Assembly (NCBI GenBank): GCA_041750555.1
Contig: JBGSZB010000036.1
Location: 17,473-81,472, forward strand
Origin: Candidatus Dojkabacteria bacterium
GTDB lineage: Bacteria > Patescibacteriota > Dojkabacteria > J137
Direction: 5' to 3'
DNA length: 64,000 nucleotides
Below are positions 20,709 through 30,393 of this stretch, in pieces. Below the pieces are notes generated by a model. That model did not search any database and was not told where the DNA came from. It saw only the letters and a list, made by a program, of their open reading frames with translations. Position 1 is the stretch's first letter, and each line of letters starts with the position of its first letter. A program made the position numbers and the translations under genes.

Positions 20709-21816
20709 TTATTAATTCAGATATTGGGAAATAATTAATTTCAGAAATGTTTTTAGCATTAGCATATATCATAGCTAATCTATCTAATCCCATTCCTATT
20801 CCTGATACATCTGGCAATCCTGATTTTAATGCATCAATTAGATCATAATCAAAAGCTATCTCTTTCATTTTTAATCTTTTTCTGGCATTTTGTTCTTCAA
20901 TAAATCGTTTCTCTTGTTCATCTCCATCAATTAATTCTGTATATCCATTGGCTATCTCTTTATTAAACATGTATAGTTCTACCTTTTGACATACAAGTGG
21001 GTTAGCAGGATTTTCTTTAGTTAGTGGACACATTATTTTAGGGAAATCGTATAGAAATACAGGTTTATCTATTGGTAATTTATCTTCTATCTCTGAGCCA
21101 AATATTAATTCAAATATTGTTTGCCATTCATCATCGTTATCTACTTTGTAACCTCTATTTTTAGCAAAATTAATAAAATTATTTGTATCATTAATATCAC
21201 TTAATTCAATATTTAAATATTTCTTAAGTATTTCAGGTATTGAAAATCTATAGAAGGAGTCTTTAATATTAATTGTTTTACCAAGGTAATCTAGCGTTAA
21301 TGGTATATTCTTTACCTCCTTTAAGTTATTTATTTCATCAACACTTAAGTTTGAAATTTCTTTAATAGAGTAGTGTTGTAGGGCTTTAATGTATTTAAGT
21401 ATAAATCTCAAGAGTTCTTCAGTAGAATCCATTAAGTTAATATATGTATTACCTAGTTCATACCATTCTAACATTGTAAATTCTGGAGAGTGATTAACCC
21501 CTATATCTTCTAACCCTCTTAATACTTTTGTAATTACAAAATGATTACCTAATCCTGCACTTAATATTTTCTTGTTATATGTTTCTGTAGTAGGGGTTAA
21601 ATATGCTTTTAATTTCCTTTTGTTACTTAATTCAATTGTAGTTTCTAAAACATCTAAGTATCTCTCTTGTGGAAGCGCAGTTGTAATTATGGGGCTTTCT
21701 AACTCGTGATAGTTTCTATCCTCAAAAAACTTTCTACATGCTTTAATTATATATTCCTTAGTAAAATACCTTGGGAATAGGGTTGGATTATTTTTTAATT
21801 GTTTCCAAGTTCTCAT
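20698..21816 (-). CDS. epmA: EF-P lysine lysyltransferase (class II lysyl-tRNA synthetase paralog lacking anticodon-binding domain)
   Basis: NPEFTMLEWY is identical to E. coli EpmA. Motif 3 GMGLDRLAMI is present. There is no N-terminal OB domain. The gene is adjacent to efp. Confidence 0.75.
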   Translation of the reverse strand: MRTWKQLKNNPTLFPRYFTKEYIIKACRKFFEDRNYHELESPIITTALPQERYLDVLETTIELSNKRKLKAYLTPTTETYNKKILSAGLGNHFVITKVLRGLEDIGVNHSPEFTMLEWYELGNTYINLMDSTEELLRFILKYIKALQHYSIKEISNLSVDEINNLKEVKNIPLTLDYLGKTINIKDSFYRFSIPEILKKYLNIELSDINDTNNFINFAKNRGYKVDNDDEWQTIFELIFGSEIEDKLPIDKPVFLYDFPKIMCPLTKENPANPLVCQKVELYMFNKEIANGYTELIDGDEQEKRFIEEQNARKRLKMKEIAFDYDLIDALKSGLPDVSGIGMGLDRLAMIYANAKNISEINYFPISELINEE

Positions 21817-22373
21817 TATTCTTTAGAGAAGTATGTTCCAGTATCTGTGTTAATTACTATTCTTTCTCCATTTTTAATAAATAGAGGTACTTGTACTTTA
21901 AATCCAGTTTCTACTGTAGCTTCTTTAGATGCATTAGTTGCTGTATCTCCCTTAACTGCATCAAAGGTATCTATTATCTTTAATGTTATCTTTTGAGGTA
22001 TTTGAGCATATATTGGGTTACCTTCATAGAATGATATTATATATTTACCATCTTCATGAAGGAAATCTGTACCCCCAGGTATTAAATCCATTAATACATT
22101 TACTAAATCATATGTTGTTGGATCCATAAATACTGCACTGTTTCCCTCTACGTATGAATACTGCATTGTTTTAGACTCTATTTCTAATTCTTCTACCTTT
22201 TCTCCTGATCTAAATACATGATTAAATATTTTTCCACTTTTAATACTTTTAAGTCTAACTCTGTTAAATGCTCCACCTTTACCAGGGGAATAAAATTCTT
22301 TTTCTATTAAAACATGAGGTTCGTTATTAAACTCAATAATCATTCCTCTTCTTAATTCTGTTGTACCTGCCAT
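21816..22373 (-). CDS. efp: elongation factor P
   Basis: SPGKGGAFNRVRLKS loop carrying the modified Lys. 185 aa, three OB/KOW-like domains. Confidence 0.9.
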   Translation of the reverse strand: MAGTTELRRGMIIEFNNEPHVLIEKEFYSPGKGGAFNRVRLKSIKSGKIFNHVFRSGEKVEELEIESKTMQYSYVEGNSAVFMDPTTYDLVNVLMDLIPGGTDFLHEDGKYIISFYEGNPIYAQIPQKITLKIIDTFDAVKGDTATNASKEATVETGFKVQVPLFIKNGERIVINTDTGTYFSKE

Positions 22374-22411
22374 ATATGTATATTTATAAAGTTGATGTAT
22401 TTTAACAGATA

Positions 22412-24673
22412 TTAGATATTGTTAGAAGGTTTAATCTCTCTTTCTACAACATTATATCCAGGTAATCTAATTGTAAAATTTGAACCAACTCCTACCTTAC
22501 TTTTAATTTCAATTGTACCTCTCATTAATTTTACTAGGTTAAATACAACGTATAGTCCTATTCCTGTTCCTCCAGGTCTAATTACGTTCATTCTTTCATT
22601 ACCATCACTTAAGTATGTATTAACTCTAAAGAACTTTTTACCAAGGTTTGGTATAGCGTCTTCTGGAATACCTTCTCCTGTATCTTTAACTGTAACTACT
22701 ACATATCCATTCTCTTTATATGCTTCTACTCTAATTTCTCCCTTCTCTGTATATTTAACTGCATTACTAACTAAATTATCTACAACCTCTTGTACTTGAT
22801 CACGGGCTGCAAACGCTATTATTTCTCCCTCTCCAAATACAGAGTATAGCTTAATACCTTTTCTAGTAGAATCAGATGTATTACCCTCAATTGCTACATT
22901 AACAACATCTTTTATATCTACTTTCTCCATTATTATCTGCACCCTGTTATTTTCAATTCTTGTAGAGGAGAGTACTGTTTCTAAGATTTTAACTTCTCTT
23001 CTAATGTTTTCTAAAGCTTTTGTATACAAGTTATTTAATTCAAATTGTGTATCACTTTCATCTACTTTACCTATTGCACTTTTCATCATTGCTACTGCAT
23101 TTCTAGCTATACTTAATGGTGTTCTTAATTCATGTCCTAGTATATCCATCATATCTTTTTCTTTACGTAGTTGTTCAGATAACTCTTGGTTTTTTTGTTG
23201 AATTTCTTTGGTTGCTATTTCAACTTCCTTTTTAAGATTTAAGTTAAACACTTCAACTTCTTCATAAAGTTTAGATCTTGCAAAAGCAACCCCAGTAATT
23301 TTCGCAAGATTTGTAATAAAATCTAGTTGGCCACTTTCATAGGGATAGCTAATATTTTCTTCGCCTAAAATCAAGATTCCGATAAGCTCTTTAGGATCAA
23401 GAATAGGAACCATTAATCTAATATTATGCCTTTCAAGAATATTTTTTATTTTCATCAAGTCATCGAGATTATGAGATGAATTGTTAGGATTTATATTAAT
23501 AAGATCGTAGTTTAAAGGTTCAAATTTAGTTAATTGAAAAACCTTAATTACCTCGATTATCTCATCCTCATTGAAGATGTTTGGAAAGTTATTTTTCAGA
23601 TTTGAAATCAATTTTCTTTTGAGGTTTGTAAAATATATACTAAAATATTTAGGTCTTAGTGTGGTATTTAATGTGTTAAATAATGATTCGGATATTTCAT
23701 CTGTATCAAGCTTATTACTTATCTGTATGTTGTACTTGGCTAATTGTTCTGAAGGGTCGTATCCTGAGTTTAGTACTCTTTTAGTAACATTACTTTGTAA
23801 TGAAATTCGCAATTTGTCGTAAATTAGTAGAAAGGTTATACCAACTGGTATCCCTGTCAAAAGTGCGTTTATATTAAATACGCCTCCCCATAGGAAAGTA
23901 TCGATTATAAAGGATATATAAAATCCAGCCATCAGTACTATTGTTAAAACTGATATATAAATCAATCTTCCAAAAAGTATTCTAGTCTCAAAAAGTTTAT
24001 ATTTCAGAATTGAGTAGGCTATAGCTAAGTTAATTGGTATGCTAGTAAAGATACCTAGAAAAGATAGCCTAGAATTACCTAAAACTATTGGGAGAAGAAT
24101 ATTAGTTAACAAAGTTGAAATCAAAGTTATAATTATTCCACTATATACAATATTTACTGAAATCTTAGTCTTTATGTTATTTAGATGTCTGTGTGATCTT
24201 ATTATCCAAAATATACCTATAGTTACAATAACAATAAATAGTACAATTACTGGATAAATGTCGCCATAGAAAATCTTTTTAATAGCTGGATCTGTTCCTT
24301 CTATAACTAAATTTGTAAACAAGCTTAATAATCCTAAAATCAAGCTAAGAAGAAAGAATGGAATAGTAACTACACTTTTAGTTTTGAAACTAGAATTTAA
24401 GTCTTCATTTCTGTAGTGATATACAAATAAAAACAGATTGGAGATCAAAAGTGGGGCTGCAAACCACATTGACTTAGCAGCAGTATATGATACTTCTTGG
24501 CTTATATATGAGGAGAAAAAATAAAGACTCAAAACCCAAATGATGCTTGATATAATTAAAAATGAAAAGAAAAGTCCACTTAACTTTTTATTAATAAGAA
24601 AATGTCTAGCTGATATAAAAATGAAAACACAAAAAAGTGGAATAATAATGTAAAGTGCTAATTCAAGTATCAT
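22412..24673 (-). CDS. multi-pass membrane sensor histidine kinase
   Basis: About 8 N-terminal TM helices. H-box LGHELRTPLSIARNAV. N and G boxes (DTGEGIPEDAIPNLGKKFFR, GGTGIGLYVVFNLVKLMRG). Confidence 0.8.
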   Translation of the reverse strand: MILELALYIIIPLFCVFIFISARHFLINKKLSGLFFSFLIISSIIWVLSLYFFSSYISQEVSYTAAKSMWFAAPLLISNLFLFVYHYRNEDLNSSFKTKSVVTIPFFLLSLILGLLSLFTNLVIEGTDPAIKKIFYGDIYPVIVLFIVIVTIGIFWIIRSHRHLNNIKTKISVNIVYSGIIITLISTLLTNILLPIVLGNSRLSFLGIFTSIPINLAIAYSILKYKLFETRILFGRLIYISVLTIVLMAGFYISFIIDTFLWGGVFNINALLTGIPVGITFLLIYDKLRISLQSNVTKRVLNSGYDPSEQLAKYNIQISNKLDTDEISESLFNTLNTTLRPKYFSIYFTNLKRKLISNLKNNFPNIFNEDEIIEVIKVFQLTKFEPLNYDLININPNNSSHNLDDLMKIKNILERHNIRLMVPILDPKELIGILILGEENISYPYESGQLDFITNLAKITGVAFARSKLYEEVEVFNLNLKKEVEIATKEIQQKNQELSEQLRKEKDMMDILGHELRTPLSIARNAVAMMKSAIGKVDESDTQFELNNLYTKALENIRREVKILETVLSSTRIENNRVQIIMEKVDIKDVVNVAIEGNTSDSTRKGIKLYSVFGEGEIIAFAARDQVQEVVDNLVSNAVKYTEKGEIRVEAYKENGYVVVTVKDTGEGIPEDAIPNLGKKFFRVNTYLSDGNERMNVIRPGGTGIGLYVVFNLVKLMRGTIEIKSKVGVGSNFTIRLPGYNVVEREIKPSNNI

Positions 24674-24738
24674 AGTAAAAACTTCTATATATATCGCTAT
24701 TCTACAAGAATAACATTTACTTGTGAATACTCAACTTG

Positions 24739-26697
24739 TCAAATTTCAGCTACGAGTTCTATTGCTTTATGTATTTTGATTAAATCTTCCGCTGGGGATT
24801 CCCAGAACTTGATTACAACATCATAGTCGATTGTGGTTTTCCCCAGTTCCCGCATAATATGATCTAAATAAGGTTTAATCTCATTGATTGCTCCTTGTTC
24901 AAGAAGTCTCATGGTTTGTTCTCTAAGCCAATTAATAGATATGCATAAAACTTTTCCTACTGGAGAGGAGAAGTAGCCACTCATGCCTGCAGTTATTGAT
25001 TTAGTTTCAGATGTAGGTTTAACAAGAGTATTAATTAATACGTAATTACCATTGGTACTTGGAACCATTCCAGATAGGCCTATGTTCGTCATTGCTAGCA
25101 ATCCTGGATTTGGTTGAATAAATGCTGTGGTCATTGGAACACCATTTTTTGTGTTGACAATTTCATTAACTTTTCTGATAAATTTCGTAATATGAAATTC
25201 AATTCCAGTGCCAAGTCCTTCAAGCTCAGGAAATATCCTATGCCTCAATTCTTTATCCTCAAGTTTAACTAATCTTCCTGGCTCTCCTTCGAGAGTCTCT
25301 GAAAAATCAATTTTATTAAATACTTGAAACCTTGGGTCAAGCATAGGTGAATTGATTGGAGTCTCCATTCTTAAGAAGGGTGAAACTTTTCTGATTAATG
25401 TATCATTTGAAACAAGTATTTCTCTTATGAACGCCCTTATCTTATTATAATATTTTGCGTACTCAGGTTTTATACCATGCTCATCAAACTTATCTTGTAA
25501 ATCAATGCCCCACACCTCTTTAAGTAAAGCTATAGTTTTGCTATCTAAGGTAGTGACTTCGTCTGTTAAGAAACTCATTAATAAATCTAATTCACTCCCC
25601 CCATTTGCTATTAGATCATATGTTTCCTTTAACCTATTACTTCCAACTGTTCTTCTGCTTAGCGTATCTAACCTTGAAAAAGAATATCTTATCCCACCCG
25701 CTATTACTGGTTTACTCAAATTATCACTCATCGTTCCTGAAACTGGGATAGATATAATATCATCTCCAAAGAACTCATGGCTTAGTATGATTGATTCAAT
25801 TAACTTGAGATTCAATTGACTTGTCTCAGGGAGTTTAGCTACCTCAGAAGTTCTAGAGTTGGTATAGTCATGGTTAACATAATTATTTCCGAGAATTTCA
25901 AGATATTTAGCTATTACAAGTATTGTTTTTAAAAGTTTTTTATCAGTAATAGTTTTCGTTAAGTTGAGTTTAAATAATTCAATCTTCCCATTACACAATG
26001 CTAAAGTCTCAGCAACGGTTCGTATAAAAGTTCCAGAAACATGGACAAGGTATGCTTTATTTGATTTAGTTGCATCATTTATACTCGTAATATCTTCCAC
26101 AATTGCTACCCCATTGGTTGCATTTTTTTCAAACTCTATAGCTAAGTCATTAAGAAAGCTATCGTTTTCTTGGTCGCTTTGTCTGTCTGAATGATCTACT
26201 AAATTAAAAGTATTTAGTTTTGATAATTGAGTGTTGATCAATTCTTGCAATACATCGCCCTTCGGCATCAAAGCCTCAGCAAGAGATAGTTTGAGTTTTA
26301 AAAACCCATTACTTATTCTATCTATTATGACGAACATACCTATCCAATTTCCATCCCTACGATAGTTTATTATCTCGTTAATGTTTGCTCCTACAATTTC
26401 GTCAAATATACCTATATCAAAATCTTCACCTTGCTCTGTTGCAAAATGTTTAATCAAAGCTAGAATTAATTCTTTTATTATTGTTTTATTAAATTCTTCA
26501 GCTCTTTCCAAATCTTTACTCTCTTTGTCTAAAGGACTTTCGAGTTCTAAAAAATCATCTCTATCTATAGTATCCATAGATCCATAATTGTATGTTGTAT
26601 CATCAAAGGGTATAGGCTTAGGAGCTGGTAATAGCGGGATGTCAGGAACCTCTGTAAAGACTAATTGCTGGGATTCCCTTAACTTATAGTCTAACAC
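24739..26697 (-). CDS. large hypothetical protein (652 aa) of atypical, higher-GC composition
   Basis: Intact ORF with an SD-like tagggagtt upstream. Local GC is up to about 49%, against a roughly 28% background. No recognisable catalytic motif. Confidence 0.5.
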   Translation of the reverse strand: MLDYKLRESQQLVFTEVPDIPLLPAPKPIPFDDTTYNYGSMDTIDRDDFLELESPLDKESKDLERAEEFNKTIIKELILALIKHFATEQGEDFDIGIFDEIVGANINEIINYRRDGNWIGMFVIIDRISNGFLKLKLSLAEALMPKGDVLQELINTQLSKLNTFNLVDHSDRQSDQENDSFLNDLAIEFEKNATNGVAIVEDITSINDATKSNKAYLVHVSGTFIRTVAETLALCNGKIELFKLNLTKTITDKKLLKTILVIAKYLEILGNNYVNHDYTNSRTSEVAKLPETSQLNLKLIESIILSHEFFGDDIISIPVSGTMSDNLSKPVIAGGIRYSFSRLDTLSRRTVGSNRLKETYDLIANGGSELDLLMSFLTDEVTTLDSKTIALLKEVWGIDLQDKFDEHGIKPEYAKYYNKIRAFIREILVSNDTLIRKVSPFLRMETPINSPMLDPRFQVFNKIDFSETLEGEPGRLVKLEDKELRHRIFPELEGLGTGIEFHITKFIRKVNEIVNTKNGVPMTTAFIQPNPGLLAMTNIGLSGMVPSTNGNYVLINTLVKPTSETKSITAGMSGYFSSPVGKVLCISINWLREQTMRLLEQGAINEIKPYLDHIMRELGKTTIDYDVVIKFWESPAEDLIKIHKAIELVAEI

Positions 26698-26741
26698 ATT
26701 ATTTTTCTAACTCCCTAATTATAGCATTTCCAGTTAAAAAT

Positions 26742-26769
26742 GACAAAGCTTGGTAACTCAAGCTTTGTC
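26742..26769 (-). terminator. perfect 11-bp inverted repeat (gacaaagcttg-gtaact-caagctttgtc), probable terminator of the XRE operon or an operator
   Basis: On the minus strand the stem is followed by ATTTTTAA. It lies between the XRE1 stop and the 652-aa gene start. Confidence 0.45.
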
Positions 26770-26889
26770 TAGAAATTAATTACAGCTACAGAGAAAGAAT
26801 TCTATAAAATTACAATTCTTATATCTTTTCGAAAATATTATAAGGTTTCACTACGAAAACTCTACTATTAATTGTACAGATATTTAAGT

Positions 26890-27615
26890 TTATAAAGTAC
26901 GATAATGTAAAACCATAAACCTGTGATTACCCCATAGTGGCTCTACTGCATATTGAAGCTTTATCTTTTTTCCGAAAACACTAAACATTACTGTTCTGCT
27001 TGCGTTATCTCTAAAGTTTTTATCTTTACTTTCTTTAGAAGCAATATTCCATAATTCCAATGCCAAAGGATTGCTCTTTATGTATTGTAAAATATTCTCA
27101 TAATCTTCGTCACCTTCCATGAAATACATTTCTGAATAAGTTCTCAGAAACATATTATATGCAATTTCATTTAGGTAGTTCTTATCAATAAATTTATTAA
27201 TACCTAAACTGTTATCAAATAGTATCTGAGGCATATATTTTAATAATATCTTTTCTTTATCAAATCTCCCTAATTTACAGAAACAATCAGATATATCAAT
27301 TAAGCGTGATCTATCATCTACACAATATGATAAAGTTTTAAGTTGTCTATAATAAGGTCTAAGTATACTTCTTGCTTCCTCTATTTCTCGGATGTTAGGT
27401 GGTTTTGAGATGTTTCCGTTTAAATAGCTATATTCTAAAGAGTTTAGTTTTAATGCTCTTGAAATCTTATCTAGTGTTTCTTTTGTAGGGTTAGTAACAT
27501 TACTTTCAATTCTGCTAATTACTCCTGAAGATGCTCCAATTAAAACCTCTAAGTCTAATTGAGATAAACCCTTTAATCTTCTAAATACTCGTATTTTATT
27601 TCCTAATGTGTTCAT
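26890..27615 (-). CDS. XRE-family HTH regulator paralog 1 (HTH plus ~200-aa C-terminal domain, possibly MmyB-like)
   Basis: The likely true start is the internal MNTLGNKIRVFRRLKGLSQLDLEVLIGASSGVISRIE (HTH_XRE), not the upstream track start. The C-terminal motif HFMEGDEDYE is shared with paralogs 2 and 3. Confidence 0.6.
   Translation of the reverse strand: MNTLGNKIRVFRRLKGLSQLDLEVLIGASSGVISRIESNVTNPTKETLDKISRALKLNSLEYSYLNGNISKPPNIREIEEARSILRPYYRQLKTLSYCVDDRSRLIDISDCFCKLGRFDKEKILLKYMPQILFDNSLGINKFIDKNYLNEIAYNMFLRTYSEMYFMEGDEDYENILQYIKSNPLALELWNIASKESKDKNFRDNASRTVMFSVFGKKIKLQYAVEPLWGNHRFMVLHYRTL
27485..27615. repeat. ~130-bp direct repeat (copy 1) covering the HTH-coding 5' ends of XRE paralogs 1 and 2
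   Basis: About 88% nt identity with 28255..28384, including a 45-nt identical core (taagtctaattgagataaaccctttaatcttctaaatactcgtat). Confidence 0.7.
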
Positions 27616-28384
27616 TGTTATTAAATTTTTTAATAAGTTGTGAAAATCTATTGTTAATCCTATATTCCACCATCCTAAATCTAGGATTAAAGTATATAGG
27701 TTCAAGATAGAAGTCTAAATCAAATGAAATACCTAGGAATTTAAACTTAACCTTTAAATCATTTGGGTCCCTGAAATAGTTATCGGATTCAAGTTCTTCA
27801 GCTTTTCTCCATAATTTTATTGATAGTTCGTTTTGATTAATTCTATCTACCATCTCTTCGTAACATTCGTCTCCCTCCATAAAATGCATCTCAACATAGG
27901 TGGTCCTAAAGACATTGAGAGCAGCTCTCTCAAAATCATCATCAGATAAAAATTTTTTTGCTGGTGAATCATTGCTTGTTACAATATTTGTAAAATATTC
28001 CATTTCTAATCTTAATAGATCTTCATTAGAAAATTTTGCTAATCGTTTAAAACCGTTTGATAGTTTTATTAACCTATTTCTATCATCTAATATGTATCCA
28101 AACACCATAGGATTTTTTAAATGATCGGACATTTTATCTATAACTTCTTTTATTTCATTTTCAGTTGGAGGAAATGCAGTTCTTCCAATTAAATATTCAA
28201 CCTGAAGTTTATTCAAATCCAAAGATTCTATTATTTTAAATATCGTCTCTTTATTAGGATTAGTAACATTACTTTCAATTCTACTAATTACCCCAGAAGA
28301 AGCACCTATTAATACTTCTAAGTCTAATTGAGATAAACCCTTTAATCTTCTAAATACTCGTATCTTATTTCCTAAGGTATTCAT
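27596..28384 (-). CDS. XRE-family HTH regulator paralog 2
   Basis: The N-terminal 43 aa are identical to paralog 1. Its 3' end overlaps the paralog 1 start by 20 nt. Confidence 0.6.
   Translation of the reverse strand: MNTLGNKIRVFRRLKGLSQLDLEVLIGASSGVISRIESNVTNPNKETIFKIIESLDLNKLQVEYLIGRTAFPPTENEIKEVIDKMSDHLKNPMVFGYILDDRNRLIKLSNGFKRLAKFSNEDLLRLEMEYFTNIVTSNDSPAKKFLSDDDFERAALNVFRTTYVEMHFMEGDECYEEMVDRINQNELSIKLWRKAEELESDNYFRDPNDLKVKFKFLGISFDLDFYLEPIYFNPRFRMVEYRINNRFSQLIKKFNNNEHIRK
28255..28384. repeat. ~130-bp direct repeat (copy 2)
   Basis: See copy 1. Confidence 0.7.
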
Positions 28385-29175
28385 ATACTTGTAATCTTTT
28401 TCAATAACTTTAAAGCAGTATTAGTTGGAATATATTCTACAATCCTAAATTTTTGATTAAACCAGTATGATTCTAGAGAATATGTCATTTTGAAATTAAC
28501 CCCATATGCTCTAAAAGTGATAGTTCTACTTTCCCAAGGGCTATGTGCAGGTATCTCTTTACTAGTATATAAATCCCAATATTTTTTAGCTAAATCATTG
28601 TTATTTATCTTTTTAATCATATCTTCATAACATTCATCACCAATCATAAAGTGGGTTTCTGTATAACAATGAGAGAATACATTTTGTAGTGTTAATTCAT
28701 AATCTTCATTAGTTAGATATCTTTTAATAGGTATTGAATCATCAGTTGCAATAATTGGCATATATTGCATTAATATCTTATCCATATCCTTTTTATCCCA
28801 TTTTGCTAAACGTATAAATGCATCTGACATTGCAATCATTCTTTCTCTATCATCTACAATATATGCAAAAGTAAAAGGTTTACTAAAGTAATCCTTAATT
28901 TGTTCTCTAACTAAATCAATTTCATCTTGAGTTGCAGGATATGCAGTATCTCCTATTAAATAGTCAGCTTCAAAGTTATTTAATTTTAAAGTTTTAATTA
29001 TCTTAATTAATGTCTCTTTACTAGGATTAGTACCTCCAGATTCAATTCTACTTATTACTCCATTAGAAGCTCCTATTGCTACTTCTAGGGATAGTTGAGA
29101 AAGTCCTTTTAGATTCCTAAAGACTCTTATTTTCCTACCAATGTCTTTGTATGTTTCTTCACCTCTATATCCCAT
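28381..29175 (-). CDS. XRE-family HTH regulator paralog 3
   Basis: IGRKIRVFRNLKGLSQLSLEVAIGASNGVISRIESGGTNPSKETL HTH. C-terminal FAYIVDDRERMIAMSDAFIRLAK...HFMIGDECYEDM...FRIVEY aligns with paralogs 1 and 2. Confidence 0.6.
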   Translation of the reverse strand: MGYRGEETYKDIGRKIRVFRNLKGLSQLSLEVAIGASNGVISRIESGGTNPSKETLIKIIKTLKLNNFEADYLIGDTAYPATQDEIDLVREQIKDYFSKPFTFAYIVDDRERMIAMSDAFIRLAKWDKKDMDKILMQYMPIIATDDSIPIKRYLTNEDYELTLQNVFSHCYTETHFMIGDECYEDMIKKINNNDLAKKYWDLYTSKEIPAHSPWESRTITFRAYGVNFKMTYSLESYWFNQKFRIVEYIPTNTALKLLKKITSI

Positions 29176-29236
29176 AGTAGATAAAGGATTTTACATAAAT
29201 TATATTGTTTTTACTATATTTTTATGTATAAAACAA

Positions 29237-29250
29237 TGTATTGCAATACA
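29237..29250. promoter_or_regulatory. palindromic operator-like site TGTATTGCAATACA (TGTAT-N4-ATACA), about 60 bp upstream of XRE paralog 3
   Basis: Perfect 14-bp palindrome. The same dyad recurs at 29736 and 33573. Confidence 0.45.
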
Positions 29251-29260
29251 AATTTGGAAA

Positions 29261-29686
29261 TTAGTTTAAATTGTTCTCAATCCATTCTTTGGCAAATTTT
29301 GGGACTAAATTTATTTCCTTAACTTTCTTCAAATCAACCCATTGAGGTTCATAGAAATTATTAGGGCAGTTTTTGAGTAGTTCCTCACCACCAAGTTTAA
29401 GCTCTCCTGATAGATATTCACACATGTAGTAGTAATCAAAATTATTTCTATGTAAATCTCTAAATTCAAATACAGGAATAATATTGCTTACAAATATCCC
29501 TGTCTCCTCTTCCAATTCTCTTGCAACAACTTCCTCATATTTTTCACCTATCCTAATATGACCTCCTGGAATAACCCAATAGATCTTCCCCTTATATTTT
29601 CTATATATTAATAGGATTTTGTTATTGTTAATTACAATCCCTGCGTGCCTTTGGTTGCTAATTCTCGTATCACTATCTAAATGCAT
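29261..29686 (-). CDS. NUDIX hydrolase
   Basis: Nudix box GGHIRIGEKYEEVVARELEEETGI. 141 aa. Confidence 0.8.
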   Translation of the reverse strand: MHLDSDTRISNQRHAGIVINNNKILLIYRKYKGKIYWVIPGGHIRIGEKYEEVVARELEEETGIFVSNIIPVFEFRDLHRNNFDYYYMCEYLSGELKLGGEELLKNCPNNFYEPQWVDLKKVKEINLVPKFAKEWIENNLN

Positions 29687-29735
29687 ATAGTTAGATTAAA
29701 TATTTAAAATATAACAAAAAATATAATTAAAAGCA

Positions 29736-29751
29736 TTGTATTGTAATACAA
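29736..29751. promoter_or_regulatory. operator-like dyad TTGTATTgtAATACAA (TGTAT-N4-ATACA), about 50 bp upstream of the NUDIX gene
   Basis: 7-2-7 inverted repeat, 13 of 14 positions identical to the site at 29237. Confidence 0.45.
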
Positions 29752-29763
29752 GTTTTATAGATT

Positions 29764-30387
29764 TTAAATAAATTTAAACGAGTTAAGTATTGTATTAAAA
29801 TCTTCCAAATAACTTGAATTATCTGTGTGTCCATCTACTGAATAGCTATTAAACTTTCTAAACATAACTTTAACTGCATCTTTACCATTTCCATTCCAAT
29901 AAGAATAATATTCGAGATTATTACTTTGATGTTTATATAAAATAGTCTCATATTCAGAACTTATATCAACACTTATCCATTCTTCAGATGCTGCACCATC
30001 ATACTCCATAGCTTGTTTCTTAAGGTCACTACCTTTGTCTGGAAAGTAAAGGATAGTTACTATTTCATTTTTACTAAATCCGCCATATGCTTTTGGTCTA
30101 AGACCCATATCTTCCCTTTTTGGAACAAACTCCCATATGTCTGGATAATTATAACTAAATTTGCCAGAAGGATGTGTGTAGGTTTTTAGATCTTCTTGAA
30201 AATATGTTATAGAATCATTGTCAGTATAGGAAATTGGGGTATCATCTTTATCGTTCATCGGCACATCGCTGTTTGTATTAATATTTAGAGGTGAACTATT
30301 AATCTGATTTATTACAAGCAATATTATAGAAAATAAAGCTATTATAAAAAACAAGCCAATAGAAATAATTATAAATTTCTTTATCAT
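29764..30387 (-). CDS. membrane-anchored hypothetical exported protein
   Basis: N-terminal TM/signal anchor. First gene downstream of the fibre/CHAP cluster. Confidence 0.4.
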   Translation of the reverse strand: MIKKFIIISIGLFFIIALFSIILLVINQINSSPLNINTNSDVPMNDKDDTPISYTDNDSITYFQEDLKTYTHPSGKFSYNYPDIWEFVPKREDMGLRPKAYGGFSKNEIVTILYFPDKGSDLKKQAMEYDGAASEEWISVDISSEYETILYKHQSNNLEYYSYWNGNGKDAVKVMFRKFNSYSVDGHTDNSSYLEDFNTILNSFKFI

Positions 30388-30393
30388 TTTTTC

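Noticed and set aside
27615-27705. Upstream extension of XRE paralog 1 (track ORF starts MNLYTLILDLGWWN...)
   Set aside because: The extension is the antisense-frame read-through of the paralog 2 3' end. The conserved HTH begins at the internal MNTLGNK, exactly as in paralog 2.
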